Shown here one piece after another: positions 50,668-63,925 of a DNA stretch of 64,000 bases. Numbering within the stretch: position 1 is the first letter of the stretch; every line of letters starts with the position of its first letter. The notes beneath the pieces were generated by a model that was given only the letters and a program-made list of their open reading frames with translations, ran no database searches and was not told the origin of the DNA. The stretch lies in the NCBI RefSeq assembly GCF_028641065.1, contig NW_026575814.1:124001-188000 (forward strand), written 5' to 3'. This DNA is from Leucoraja erinacea. Its lineage: Eukaryota. The position numbers and the translations under genes were made by a program.

Positions 50668-50789
50668 GATAGGCACGTGGTTATGCAGGGATAGGTATCA
50701 TGTGCAGGCAGAGCAGATTAGTTTATCGTAACAGCATGTTGGGCACAGACATTGTAGGTCAAAAGGCTTGTTCCTGTGCTGTACCATTC

Positions 50790-51108
50790 TTGGTTCTTGG
50801 TATCTTGGTCCTCCAAAATATTCCAAATGGAATTTAAACTGGAGGTGGTGAAGGGAGGGCTTAAGCCAGAAAGGGTTATTGGGAAGAAAGAGCTACTTTA
50901 AATTTAGTTGCATCTGGTTGAGTAACAATAGAAGGGTGGAGATTATTCCATGCTTTAATTGTGCGGGGGAAGAATGAATTGCTGTACACTTTGTAGCTGG
51001 GATCACAAATTGGATCGAATGCCCTCGTCTGCTCCTAATTGGTTTGGGTTTGGTGTAGGTCTTGTAATCTATGTCGAGCTGACCATTTAACATTTTGTAA
51101 AAACAGGT
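50790..51108 (-). mobile_element. Distinct CR1/L2-group LINE 3' end
   Basis: LTCFYKMLNGQLDID...RSRRGHSIQF motif in ORF 50893-51285. Confidence 0.6.
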
Positions 51109-53714
51109 TAATCCTATTCTCTGCTGCCTGTGTGGAGTTTGCATGTTTTCCCTGTGACCACGTGCGTGTTCTGGTTTCATCCAACATCTCAAGGATCTGC
51201 CGGTTTGTAGGTTAATTGGCCAATTGGCCGTAGTAAGTTGCTCCTCGTGTGTAGGGAGGGGGTGGATGAGAAAGTTGGGTAACACATAGATTTAGTATGA
51301 ATGGGGGATCGGCAAATGGCATAGACTCAGTGGGCCAAAGGGCCTGTTTCGGAGCTGTACCTCTAAACTAAAAATTAATACAGTGGTGTACACTTATTCT
51401 CCTGTAAAGCTATTGAACTAGTTTACTGGACTCCTCAATAAAATTGAAAACACAGGTTGCCATTTTGGCAACAATTCCTCTGCCCGTAATCCAGGGTTTA
51501 TTTTTATTATTTTTTTTTAAAGTTTTTATATCAGGGAGAGGGATGTACATAGGTAAGGAGTGTGTAGATAATGAAGTGTCAGGTGTGAAAATGGGATAAA
51601 CGGAATGGAGATCAAGGATAATGTAGAATAGATCATTGTTAGTTTGGACAAGGTAACAACAAAGCAAACAGAGATGAAGAAGGGTCTCGGCCCAAAACGT
51701 CACCCATCATCCATCTCACCAGAGATGCTGCCTGACCCGCGAAGTTACTCCAGCATTTTGTGTCTATCCTCTGCAGGCACTGGTGTTTCAGATTCAGATT
51801 CAGATTCAAGATTCAGATTCAATTTTAATTCTTTGGGAATATTGTTGAATAATACCAATATTACATTTATATAATGTGTCAAACAGTGGTTTATGATGTG
51901 ACAACATCATGATATGTAGAGCTGGAGTAAGCACTTTCATGTTCCAGGCTGCCTTTGCCTAGGGGCTTTCAACTGACCTGGGGAGTGTTCTCATAGAATC
52001 GCACAGCCTCTATTTGCAAGGTGTGGAGAGGCCAGCTTGTCTGTGCATGTCAAGAACACAATTCCTTAAAAGGGGCAGTGTAGAAAGGAACTGTAGGTGT
52101 TGATTTAAACCGAAGATAGGCACAAAAAGCTGGAGTAATTCAGCGGGTCAAGCAGCATCTCTAGAGAAAAGGAATAGGTAACTGTTCGGGTCGACACCAA
52201 AGATGCTGCTTGACCCGCTGATTTACTCCAACTTTTTGTGTCTATCCTTAAAAGGGGAATAGGTTCTATGCTTATTACTTATGTGGGCAGCGAGTGCATT
52301 AAGTAGTTTGCAATCTTGTATGCATAGCTGACGGCATGATTTTAGATTATCAGGAATGAGTAGGTTAACCTATGATGAGCGTTTATCGACACTGGGCCTG
52401 TACTTACTGGAATTTGGAAGAATGTGGAAAGAGGCCTCATTGAAACATACTGAATAAAAGCTTGGATAGAGTGGATGTAGAGATTTTGTTTCCACGGTGG
52501 GAGAGTCTAAGACTAGAGGCCATAGCCTCAGAATTAAAGGACGTTCGTTTTAGGAAGATGAGGAGAAATTTATTTTGTCAGAGGGAGGTGAATCTGTGGA
52601 ATTCTTTGCCACAGAAGGCCAAATCAGTGGATATTTTTTAAGGCAGAGACAGATAGATTCTTGATTAGTATGGGTGCCAGAGGTTATGGGGAGAAGGCAG
52701 GAGAATGGGTTTAGGAGGGAAGGATAGATCAGCCATGATTGAATGGCGGAGTAGACTTAATGGGCCGAATGGCCTAATTGTACTCCTATCACTTATGATC
52801 ACAAGATTCAGCAAATATTTGTTTGTTTAGTTAATGTGCAGGATTAACATTTAACTCCAATTGTGCCATGTGAAAGTTTGAGAATCCATCTCTTATAGTA
52901 TGGATATGAACCTTGACCTGGATATATCAATTCTTTGCTCTTTTATTTTTAATCTGAGCTGTTGTCCACAATTGGGAATAAGTTTAAGATTTCCCTTTAT
53001 CCCGAGTTCATCTGCCCCTACATGATGATAAAGAAACGACTAGGTTTGCTTTGCATTTCTTAGATATTAAAACATTTTATTTTGAGTGAAACTGACATGC
53101 ATCTTTCTGATTTTATTTTAGATCATTTTTGAAGTTCACAGTCAATTAATATATTTACCCAAAAACACACAAGTAATCTGGGTTGCATTTGGTTACATAT
53201 ATATCATACAGAGGAGATCATATTGTACAAAAAAGTTACAGTGTACTATATTATTAAGTAATTGTGGACAAAGTTACTCCAGCTCTCAAAAGCCCCAGAC
53301 CACCAGAGCTCAACTTCAAGCCCTGTAAATTAATAGCTTGTTGCAACACTTTCTGCATGATTCATTACTTTGATTGCTCCACTGTGGAGAATATGTCAGT
53401 TGCTTGTGGCTGCCTGTCCCGCTGAGTTACTCCATCATTTTGTGTCCATCTGGTGACTTGCCATCTCATGGAATGTGTCAGAGAATCTGCTCTTCAGTGC
53501 AAATTTGACTTGGATTTCTGCATTCTGGTAGCATTACTTTTCCACACATGTACACACTGGTAACCAGATATAATACCACATGCAACATCCAATGCAGACC
53601 CTAATTTTGTCAACAAATCGTGAGTACTTAAAGACTTTTACTATTTAATCTTCCCCATCTTCATCCTGGAAAGGGGTTGGTCTGCCTAATGCTAGTCTCT
53701 TAATAACAAGACTC

Positions 53715-54468
53715 AATGGTGGCCGATTGGGAAAGGGGGAGATGCAGCGAGACCTGGGTGTCATGGTACACCAGTCATTGAAGGTAGGCATGCAGGTGCA
53801 GCAGGCAGTAAAGAAAGCGAATGGTATGTTAGCTTTCATTGCAAAAGGATTTGAGTATAGGAGCAGAGAGGTTCTACTGCAGTTGTACAGGGTCTTGGTG
53901 AGACCACACCTGGAGTATTGCGCACAGTTTTGGTCTCCAAATCTGTAGGACATTATTGCCATAGAGGGAGTGCAGAGACGGTTTACCAGACTGATTCCTG
54001 GGATGCCAGGACTGTCTTATGAAGAAAGACTGGATAGACTTGGTTTATACTCTCTAGAATTTAGGAGATTGAGAGGGGATCTTATAGAAACTTACAAAAT
54101 TCTTAAGGGGTTGGACAGGCTAGATGCAGGAAGATTGTTCCTGATGTTAGGGAAGTCCAGGACAAGGGGTCACAGCTTAAGGATAAGGGGGAAATCCTTT
54201 AAAACCGAGATGAGAAGAACTTTTTTCACACAGAGTGGTGAATCTCTGGAACTCTCTGCCACAGAGGGTAGTTGAGGGCAGTTCATTGGCTATATTTAAG
54301 AGGGAGTTAGATGTGGCCCTTGTGGCTAAGGGGATCAGGGGGTATGGAGAGAAGGCAGGTACGGGATACTGAGTTGGATGATCAGCCATGATCATATTGA
54401 ATGGCGGTGCAGGCTCGAAGGGCCGAATGGCCTACTCCTGCACCTAATTTCTATGTTTCTATGTTTCT
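53715..54468 (+). mobile_element. CR1 LINE 3' fragment, family A
   Basis: ORFs 53727-53948 and 53970-54275. Confidence 0.92.
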
Positions 54469-55474
54469 AAGACCACGACCACACTTCCCACAGTGTGCTG
54501 CAATCTTCAGGGCAGCCGAGGTGAAACGGTCACGGCGGATTGCCCCTCGCAGATTGCTCGCCGTGGTGTGACGACAGATGGCCGGCCGCCGCGGACGGAG
54601 AATCGCCTGCCGAAGGCCATAGACGGAAGACCTACAGGTAGGACTGGTAGGCCCCTGCACCATGGACTCCGAACCCGGGCCCAAGCCACCGGCATTGACC
54701 AAGAATGAGGAGGGACATGGAACCTCGAGGTCGGAGTACCTGGGCACCAAGGACACGAAGGAGAAAGGGGAACCAGTGCCCCCCTCCCCCCGGAGAACAA
54801 TAGGGACCTGTGCTGGGGAGACAGAAATGGCACCAAAATATTTTCTTTCATTCTTTCTTTCTTTCTCTCCCTTCCTTTCTACCTCTTTCACTCTCTCTCT
54901 ACCTACCTATCTATCTCCAAGAGAGGGCAGTCAAATTACTATTCTGACCTACACTTTACTGACTCTGCTAAAAAGAAATATTTAAATTCCATTTGATAGT
55001 GTATTTGTTGTTACCTTATGTCCTCAGTCTCTTCATACTGTTCAATGTACATTTTCTTTTAATTGGCATTTTCTCTTTATCCTGAGCCCTGGAGAAACTT
55101 TATTGTCCAATACAAAATTAGGTGCTCTCATGTGATTCTATTTATTGGCACGGTGTCTCTTCATTGCAGCACGCTGACTTTGCCAAAATATTATGCCTGT
55201 TTCATTCTTTGAAACTGAACAAGAATCCAGCAAGCAATATTAATGGGTTGAGAGGAATTGTCACTGTCAAATTTCACTTCCTCAAAACTTCCTTCCTTAT
55301 AATAAGCAAGAACATCAATATTGCTTTCAACTATTTCCTTTTAAGGAAAATATAATTATCCCCTTATAGACCTGACCAATTTTCCCTTTTCAAATGCTTT
55401 AAATAGTAATTTATGTTGAAGTTTCTCATGCATTGCAATTTCAGAAATCAGTGAGTCTTGCCCTTGATTCTTTT

Positions 55475-56233
55475 ACATGGTAAATGGTAGGGAATTGAAG
55501 AATACAGTTGAACAGAGGGATCTGGGTATAACCGTGCATAGTTCCTTGAAGGTGGAATCTCATATAGATAGGGTGTAAAGAAAGCTTTTGGTATGCTAGC
55601 CTTTATAAATCAGAGCATTGAGTATAGAAGCTGGGATGTAATGTAAAATTGTACAAGGCATTGGTGAGACCAAATCTGGAGTATGGTGTACAATTTTGGT
55701 CGCCCAATTATAGGAAGGATGTCAACAAAATGGAGAGAGTACAGGGGAGATTTACTAGAATGTTGCCTGGGTTTCAACAACTAAGTTACAGAGATAGGTT
55801 GAATAAGTTAGGTCTTTATTCTCTGGAGTGCAGAAGGTTAAGGGGGGACCTGATAGAGGTCTTTAAAATGATGAGAGGGATAGACAGAGTTGATGTGGAC
55901 AAGCTTTTCCCTTTGAGAATAGGGAAGATTCAAACAAGAGGACATGACTTCAGAATTAAGAGACAGAAGTTTAGGGGTAATATGAGGGGGGAACTTCTTT
56001 ACGCAGAGAGTGGTGGCGGTGTGGAATGAGCTCCCAGTGGAAGTGGTGGAGGCAGGTTCATTGGTATCATTTAAAAATAAATTGGATAGGCATATGGATG
56101 AGAAGGGAATGGAGGGTTATGGTATGAGTGCAGGCAGGTGGGACTAAAGGGAAAAGAAATTTGTTCGGCATGGACTTGTAGGGCCGAGATGGCCTGTTTC
56201 CGTGCTGTAATTGTTATATGGTTATATGGTTAT
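55475..56233 (+). mobile_element. CR1 LINE 3' fragment, family B2
   Basis: ORF 55649-56029 plus tail. Confidence 0.92.
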
Positions 56234-57099
56234 ACATTAGAGATGGTAATGCTTCCAATGGGCACATCTAGATGTCCCCACCCATATTCTCAGTCTGAGA
56301 AGAAAATAAATTGCTTTGAATGGCTTCAGGCAAAACTTTTAGCCCACATTGTGCACAAACTCTGAATTAGGGTTTTAAATTTTCAATGGCTGTTTTGATT
56401 GTGATTTTGTCAAAGATCCTGCCAAATGCATATTCGTAAGTTCCTTGTTTTCACTATAGCACGTTGGAACAGTGCAGAAAATCAAGTATACTTGTCAATT
56501 AAATTAAACTTATTCTATAAACTTGTTATCAATGGATTTTGTTTTTATTTATTGTTAAACAAATTAACCGTTAGAACAATGATGATCGTTACTGGATGAT
56601 GTATTAAGTAATACATTGATTTGCATATTTCACTCACTGGCAATAGACCATGAGAGATTATCTGGATTCACTGGGTTGCCTCTCTGCAAACATCCAGCTG
56701 ACCCAGAGACTTCACCTAAAATCCACACGGTACATTTCCAATTGTGGAGCAACTAACAGATACCTTTTAGGTAATCTGCACAGTTCCTTGGCTCCTGACC
56801 AGCCAAGGTTTATGCTGTAGTAAAGTAGAAAGAGGAATAAATGTCACAGTAATAAAGAAAGGTGTTATTGCAGAAATATCCTGGGCACCAGGGACAGAGC
56901 CTGATGTTGTGGAGAAGTCCAGGGACAGACATTAATACATTATTGGTGTGTCTGAGAAAGAGCCTGGCGCTGGGGGTGCCCAGGGCACAGATGATATTGG
57001 GGGTGCAGGGAGTCCAGTTCTTAATCCAAAGTAGCTGCATGGAGCACCGTGCCAGGATGAAAAGGGTGATCAACGTCCCGTGTGTTTGTTAATTGTGTA

Positions 57100-57930
57100 T
57101 CTCAGGCCATCAGTCAGGCGCGAACTCATTATCAGCTAACTCCACTGGCGGCCATCAGATGGTGTATTTCAGGCTGAGCTAAACCCCCGCTCAGCCCGAT
57201 GTACTGGTTGGACCCACACCTCGGGAGCCAGTCCCACACAACCTGAGCTGTCTTTCACCGGCACCTTTCATACCCTTCCGAGACGAGGGAGGCACCCTCT
57301 GTACCGACTCCTCCACACCATTCATTCCACACCCTTGCCCACTGCCTCAATCCAAAGTGGCAGTCCATTTTACCATCCAGTTGCGAGAAGAACCCCCAGT
57401 GGAGGCCTCTCTATAGAGGGATTCTTCCTCTATATATCGGGGACCTGATATATACGCTGTACTACACTGAGGAGTCCCATGCAACCAATTCCTGAGCCGG
57501 TTCATAGACTCGCCAGCCGCCTGCCACTTCTGCGGTCTGTGTTCCATGTGCACGGAGTGTGTGAGGTTGCAGGCCCAGTTTGAGTATTTGAAGGGGCTGC
57601 TCCTTGCCTCTGGCTATACTTCAGTCCCACCATCCTCACTTTGGCCACCCAGTGCATAGGGGAGTGGATAGAGCAGAGGATGTCCTAGTTGCTTTGCCTC
57701 TGGGCCTGGTCAAGCTGACCATTCATGGGTCACGGCACCAGGAAGAAGAGGGCTCCATCCAAGCCGACTGCCGGCCTCTTTACGCCTGTGCCTGAGGTTG
57801 TCCCTCGAATAGGAACACGCGGTGTCCACGGGCACCGTGGGGGGATTCCGGGACCGCTGGGGACTGCGGGGGAATGAATACATCCTGGACCAGGATTGTA
57901 AAATACTTATTTAATATTTAGTGTAAAGAA
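57100..57930 (+). mobile_element. Degenerate Tx1-like LINE C-terminal region
   Basis: Remnant zinc knuckle (ACHFCG...FHV..EC.RL) and Tx1-like downstream motifs; many frameshifts. Confidence 0.5.
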
Positions 57931-57939
57931 TATTTGGCA

Positions 57940-58303
57940 TACAGAGTTGACGTGGAAAACAGTGTTGACGTGGAAAAGCTTTTCCCACTGAGAGTAGGGA
58001 AGATTCAAACAAGGGGACATGACATGAGAATTAAGGGACTGAAGTTTAGGGGTAACATGAGGGGGAACTTCTTTACTCAGAGAGTGGTAGCTGTGTGGAA
58101 TGAGCTTCCAGCGAAGGTGGTGGAGGCAGGTTCGTTTTTATCATTTAAAAATAAATTGGATAGTTATATGGATGGGAAGGGAATGGAGGGTTATGGTCTG
58201 AGCGCAGGTATATGGGACTAGGAGAGATTATGTGTTCGGCACGGACTAGAAGGGTCGAGATGGCCTGTTTCCGTGCTGTAATTGTTATATGGTTATATGG
58301 TTA
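57940..58303 (+). mobile_element. CR1 LINE 3' fragment, family B1
   Basis: ORF 57934-58221. Confidence 0.9.
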
Positions 58304-58369
58304 TTTTTGCATCTGGTAGTGGGCATTTGTTTTGTAAATATTATTACTTTTAATAATTGAATTTTGTTG

Positions 58370-59510
58370 ACATCATCATTCCCAGGGCCATTCTGAGCGT
58401 TCAGAACATTATCAGACTTTCATACACATTTTGTCCACTCCACTGTGAAATCTCCTCAAGGTATGTCCACTTTGACGAAGATTTCCTCCTCTGTCCGTCG
58501 AGAGTTCAACAACCACTGCTCCCCCTCTGTGATTGACATTTGATCTGTTCAATTAATTTAATCAATCTCTGTAAAGCACTTTGGTTCAAATACTGGTTTT
58601 GTTGAAAAGTGCTATATAAATAAAGATTATTATTATTATTATTATTCCTCCTTCCCTCCGACTCTATGACCACATCTTAACCCACACCCATTACCACGGC
58701 CACATTTGTTTTCTCGGGACATACTTGCGCCTCTATTACCTCGTGGATTCCAGCTCCGGTTCCAGAAATCCCAGCTTGGACCCAACCCGGACTATAGGTT
58801 CCGACAGTCGATCTACCATTTTTCACAACAGTTCTCATTCCGTGCCCTGCGTTCCACACCGCCTGCGATGTGCCAACACAAACAGGCCCTCAATCTGACT
58901 CTCCCAAAGCTCATTCATCCACACCTGCAAGAGACCCCCAACTGCACATTATCCAACGCCAGATCCACGCCTTCAACAAACGCTTCCTTTCCTACTTGGA
59001 CTCCACAAAGGATCACAAACTTGCTCGCCCTCCAGACCGGCCCACCCTAGGCCCAGACCGCTGAAGATGCTGCTGCCGTCAACCTTCACCTGACCGGGAC
59101 TACCGATGCTTCATCCGCTGACCTGGACGACACACCTCGCGGGCCTCCATCAGCAACTCTGCTGACCATCGCAACTCCACTGCCCACCAGTGGGCTGCAG
59201 CCGTCGCCCTACCTGAGTCCCAGGCTCAGCACCGGGCCCACAGTCTCCACGATGTAGACTCTCACACCACGGTGCCTGACTGTACTGGGTCTTACTGCTC
59301 CCCCTTCCCACAGGGAACCTCAGTGCGGGTTCCACTGGGTCTTCCCCGCCTCTTTTAGCCGGGTGACCGCAGCTACTCCCCACCCATACAATAGTCCTCA
59401 AGCCCCCCATCTCTCTTAACACCCACCATCCACCCACCAGACATCGCCTCGGCCTTCATCTACACACCTGCCCTCATCCGACCCCAAACCTTACCCCTGC
59501 TGTGTGTTCA
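58370..59510 (+). mobile_element. Probable Penelope-like 5' region, with an L2-type tail fragment at 58530-58645
   Basis: C-rich degenerate ORF (GFQLRF) resembling PLE N-termini; L2-type TGTAAAGCACTTTG...AAAAGTGCTATATAAATAAA(TTA)n. Confidence 0.45.
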
Positions 59511-59519
59511 CTTTTTAAG

Positions 59520-61750
59520 TGTAGCCCTGTGTAACTTCATATCCATGACTATTTCATTAGTTTTTCTTATTAAGAGATTTATATAAGTTTTGCTGTGAAT
59601 ATGTGTTTTGATGTCATTAGCGGGTTCACATTGATATGCACTACTGCCCCTTTAAATAGTTTTCTGCAGTGTACTTGGTGAACATGTGTGGTAAACAGCA
59701 TACAACCTATGTGGATGGAGGAGCCATCTTGGTGAACGGCTGCTAGCCAGCAGCCGTCCGTTTTAAATTCGTTTTTTTTTAGTAGTTTTTAGTGAGTCCT
59801 GTTTTTTGTTTGTAGGGGATATGGTCTTTTTAATGTGGGGGGTAGGTGTAACTTTATTTCTAGGTCCCTACCTGGTCGGTGTGGCAGCCTTTTCTCCGGG
59901 CTGCCCGTCGACCCGTCCTCGTGGCCTACCAGCGGGCGTGGAGCGCCGTTTCCTGGCGGGGACCGCCCAGCACCTCGGCCTCGGCACAGCGCTGGGGCGC
60001 TGGAGCGGAGCGGGCGATGCCTTGCCTGGGTCGCCGCGCTGGAGCTCCGGTGAGCTGGACCGCCGAGAGCAACATCTCCGGGGTGCGGAGCGGAGAGGGG
60101 GCGTGCGGAGAGGCGGCAGTGTGGAGAGGCGACTTTTTCATCGGCGTCGGCTTCGGCAGCCGCGGGCTCCAACCAGGAAGCCGCCGTTCCAGGTGGCTCA
60201 GCCGCCGAAAGGCCTCTCCCAACGCCGGGCAAGACCACCGGGTGAGAACGGCCAGGGACATCGGGCCTCCGTAGAGGCAATTGCGGTGGCCTCAATAGGC
60301 CTGACTTTGGGGTGAACATGGGGTTGGGGACTGGACATTGGGCCTTCCCCCAGTGCTATCCACCGTGGGGGGATGATTTTTTTGTCTAATTGTAATCCTG
60401 TAAGTCTGTGTCCATGATGGCTGCCGTGAAGAGAGAGTGGACGCTGGCGCGCTTTGGCTGCCGCTGCTCTCTCTTCACACTGTGTTTTTGATTTTCTGTT
60501 TTCGGATTGAATTCTGTTTTTAATTTGTGTCTCTGTGATGTCTTTATTACTTATTTTATTCCGATTATATGTTTTTATTCCGATTACTATGTAAGGTGTC
60601 CTTGAGATGTCTGAAAGGCGCCCATGAAATAAAATTTATTATTATTATTATTATTTAAATGCATTTGATTTGTTGTTAATGAGTTAGATCATTTTTCCTG
60701 TGTGGTGATTGGTTTGGGGGCGGGAGCTGGGGATTGCGGGTAATCGATGAACGGAAGAGTGACAGAAGAAGTCCGCGGGCGGAGCAGAGAGAAATACGAA
60801 GAACAGAGACTGAGAAAAATAAGTTTTGACTATCCTACTCGGTCAGTAAAGTTTAAATATCTTTCCTCGCGGTGAGGTAAGATAAAGACTTTTACAGAGA
60901 ACGTGGTAATTGGACTGTGAGCTGAAGGCTTTTCCTCTGCCGCTGCCTTCATTCATTAGCGTAGTTAGCCGTAGCCTAGCTGCTACCCCTTCAGTTCGGA
61001 GGTGTGGATTAAAGACTGTCGCTGTTTGGACTTTGTGATTACGGGGAGAGTGAGAGCAGCGGTTAGCTGAGCCCTGGAGATAACGAGGGAGAAGGAAGAT
61101 TTCTGCCACATGGGGTCCTCTCTGGTCAGCCAACTCGCCAGCAGCTCGCCATTCGCCCGCCAGCCGTCATCACCAGCAACGTGCCTTTCGCCCGCCATCT
61201 TGTGAGCTTCTGCACTGTGCACTTGTCGGCTTCAACTGTATTTGGCCGCGACGCTCTGCAGCTTCGACCAGGCCTGCAACGTGGGGTTATTCTTGTTTTG
61301 TTTTTCATGTTGCCGGCTTGTGTGAGTGAGTGTGTGGGCCCACATAGCAATTAAGTGAGTGAGTGTGTGGGCCCACATAGCAATTAATACTTAAAGGTAC
61401 TATAAAAGATTGATTTATTGACTGGTGTTGATTGAATATCTGTGTGAGAAACACCAGTAAAACACCATATTTTGGTTATTGATATTTTATTTTGTATTTC
61501 CTTGGCCAACATATATTTTATTTTAATTAATAGAATAAATGTGAAGGTACATTGGAACATAGTTGTCAGTTGATTTATTTTAACTGTTTCTACAGTAAGG
61601 TATACCATTTAATATTGAAATTAAAGGTGCCCTATTGTCCAAATTAAAAGAGTGCATAAATACTTAATTAAGGGTTAACTAACACCTATAAGGGAATTAA
61701 AGTTTACGAACCTGGGGCGCAGCTCATGTAGAGGGCAAAGAGGCGCTACA
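59520..61750. mobile_element. Solo LTR (~1.3 kb net) with a nested insertion
   Basis: Termini TGTAGC...GCTACA; TAAG TSD at 59516-59519 and 61751-61754; 33-bp tandem duplication at 61322-61387. Confidence 0.75.
59712..60655 (+). mobile_element. GC-rich non-coding retroposon-like element (copy 4) with L2-type tail, nested in the solo LTR
   Basis: Same head/T-rich/G-run/GC-body layout; ends TGTAAGGTGTCCTTGAG...GAAAGGCGCCC..AATAAA(TTA)n. Confidence 0.65.
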
Positions 61751-61754
61751 TAAG

Positions 61755-63925
61755 AAAGGCTGGAGAGAGAAAAATGGAATTATAGACCAGTTAGCCTGAC
61801 ATCGGAGGTGGGGACGATGCTGGAGTCGATTATAAAAGATGAAATAGCGGCACATTTGGATAGCAGTAACAGGGTCGGTCCGAGTCAGCATGGATTTACG
61901 AAGGAGAAATCATGCTTGACTAATCTTTGGAATTTTTTGAGGATGTAACTAGGAAAATGGACAAGAGCGAGCCAGTGGATGTGATGTAACTGGATTTTCA
62001 GAAAGCATTTGATAAGGTCCCACATAGGAGATTAGTGGGCAAAATTAGGGCACATGGTATTGGGGGTAGAGTGCTGACATGGATAGAGAAGTGGTTGGCA
62101 GACAGGAAACAAAGAGTACGGATTAATGGGTCCCTTTCAGAAAAGCAGGCAGTGACTAGTGGGGTACCGCAAGGATCGGTGCTGGGATCGCAGCTATTTA
62201 CAATATACATCAATGATTTGGATGAAGGGATTCAAAGTAACATTAGCAAATTTGCAGTTGTCACAAAACCAAGGAGATTGTCGTCGATTTCAGAAGGAAA
62301 ATTCAGCCCAGTCACACTCCACTTTGCATCAACAACTCTGCAGTGGAGCAGGTGAAAAGCATCAAGTTCCTGGGGGTGCATATAATGGACACCTTAACCT
62401 GGTCCTCAAACATTACATCTCTGGCAAAACGGGCACAGCAGCGGTTGTACTTCCTCCGCAGGTTGAGAAGTTTACACCTCCACCCTCCCATCCTCGCCAC
62501 TTTCTACAGAAGCACAATTGAGTCGGTCATGACCAGCTGCATCTCCACGTGGTGCGGCAGCTGTACAGCTGCGGACTGGAAGTGTCTTCAGAGAGTGGTG
62601 AGGACAGCGGAAAAAATCATTGGGACTTCTCTTCCTTCCATCATGGACATGGGGTACAAGCGCTGTCTGATTAGAGCATTATCAGAGCCCCCAGACACCT
62701 ACAATTTGGACTGTTCATACTGCTTAGCTCTGGGAGGAGGTACCGCAGCATGAAGAGCGGGACAACTAGGTTCTGCAACAGCTTCATCCCCCAGGCCATA
62801 AGATTACTGAACAATCAACAAAACCGAGGCTAGAACTTTTTAAATATCGTCACTTTTAAAAACTTTTTAATATATATTTATTTTACAGAACCATGCGCAT
62901 GAGGCATTTTTATGGACGCACCTGGAACTTTTAACTATTAACTGATTTTGGAGAGTAAAATGCAACGAAATTTCGTTCAAGGTGCACTGTGTCTAGGTGT
63001 ATATCTGAATGACAATAAAGTTTTCATTCATTCAAAGCAGTGTGAACTGTGAGGAGGATGCTATGAGAATGCAGGGTGACTTGGACAGGTTGGGGGAGTG
63101 GGCAGATGCATGGCAGATGAAGTTTAATGTGGATAAATGTGAGGTTTGGTAGCAAAAACAGGAAGGCAGATTATTATTTAAATGCCGTCAAGTTGGGAAA
63201 AGGGGGGGGGAAGTACAACGGGATCTGGGGGGTCCTTGTTCATCAGTCAATGAAAGTAAGCATGCAGGTACAGCAGGCAGTGAAGAAAGCGAATGGCATG
63301 TTGGCCTTCATAACAAGAGGAGTTGAGTAAAGGAGCAAAGAGGTCCTTCTGCAGTTGTACAGGGCCATAATGAGACCACACCTGGGGTATTGTGTGCAGT
63401 TTTGGTTACCTAATTTGAGGAAGGACATTCTTGCTATTGAGGGAGTGCAGCATAGGTTTACAAGGTTAATTCCCGGGATGGCGGGTTGTCATATGCTGAG
63501 AGAGTGGAGCGGCTGGGCTTGTATACTCTGGAATTTAGGATGAGAGGGGATCTTATTGAAACATTTAAGATTTTAAAGGGTTTAGACCCGCTAGAGGCAG
63601 GAAACATGTTCCCGATGTTGGGACATTCCAGAACCAGGGGCCACAATTTAAGATTAAGAGGTAAGCCATTTAGAACGGTGATGAGGAAACATTTTTTCAC
63701 AGAGAGTTGAGCCTATGGAATTCTCTGCCCCAGATGGCAGTGGAGGCCGGTTCTCTGGATACTTTCAAGAGAGAGCTAGATAAGGCTCTTAAAGATAGCG
63801 GAGTCGGGGGATATGGGGAGAAGGCAGGAACGGGATACTGATTGGGGATGATCACCCATGATCACATTGAATGGCGGTGCTGGCTCGAAGGGCCGAATGG
63901 CCCTCCTGCACCTATTGTCTATTGA
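61755..63925 (+). mobile_element. Older CR1 family A-related copy split by Rex1/Babar
   Basis: ORFs 62035-62355, 63127-63330, 63355-63543, 63486-63710; (CTATTGT)n tail. Confidence 0.88.
62256..63033 (+). mobile_element. Rex1/Babar LINE 3' fragment
   Basis: ORF 62343-62753 (KFLGVHI..LTWSSN..AQQRLYFLRRL..FYRSTIES); tail AATTTCGTTC...GAATGACAATAAA(TTCA)n. Confidence 0.88.

Noticed and set aside
51456-51472. GTTGCC-ATTTT-GGCAAC palindrome as an RFX X-box
   Set aside because: The 5-bp spacer exceeds the 0-3 bp consensus, and it has no S/Y box context.
59789-60319. Overlapping Pro/Arg/Ala-rich ORFs (also 26248-27125 and 29287-30040)
   Set aside because: Open in many frames on both strands because of high GC; not conserved as protein between copies.
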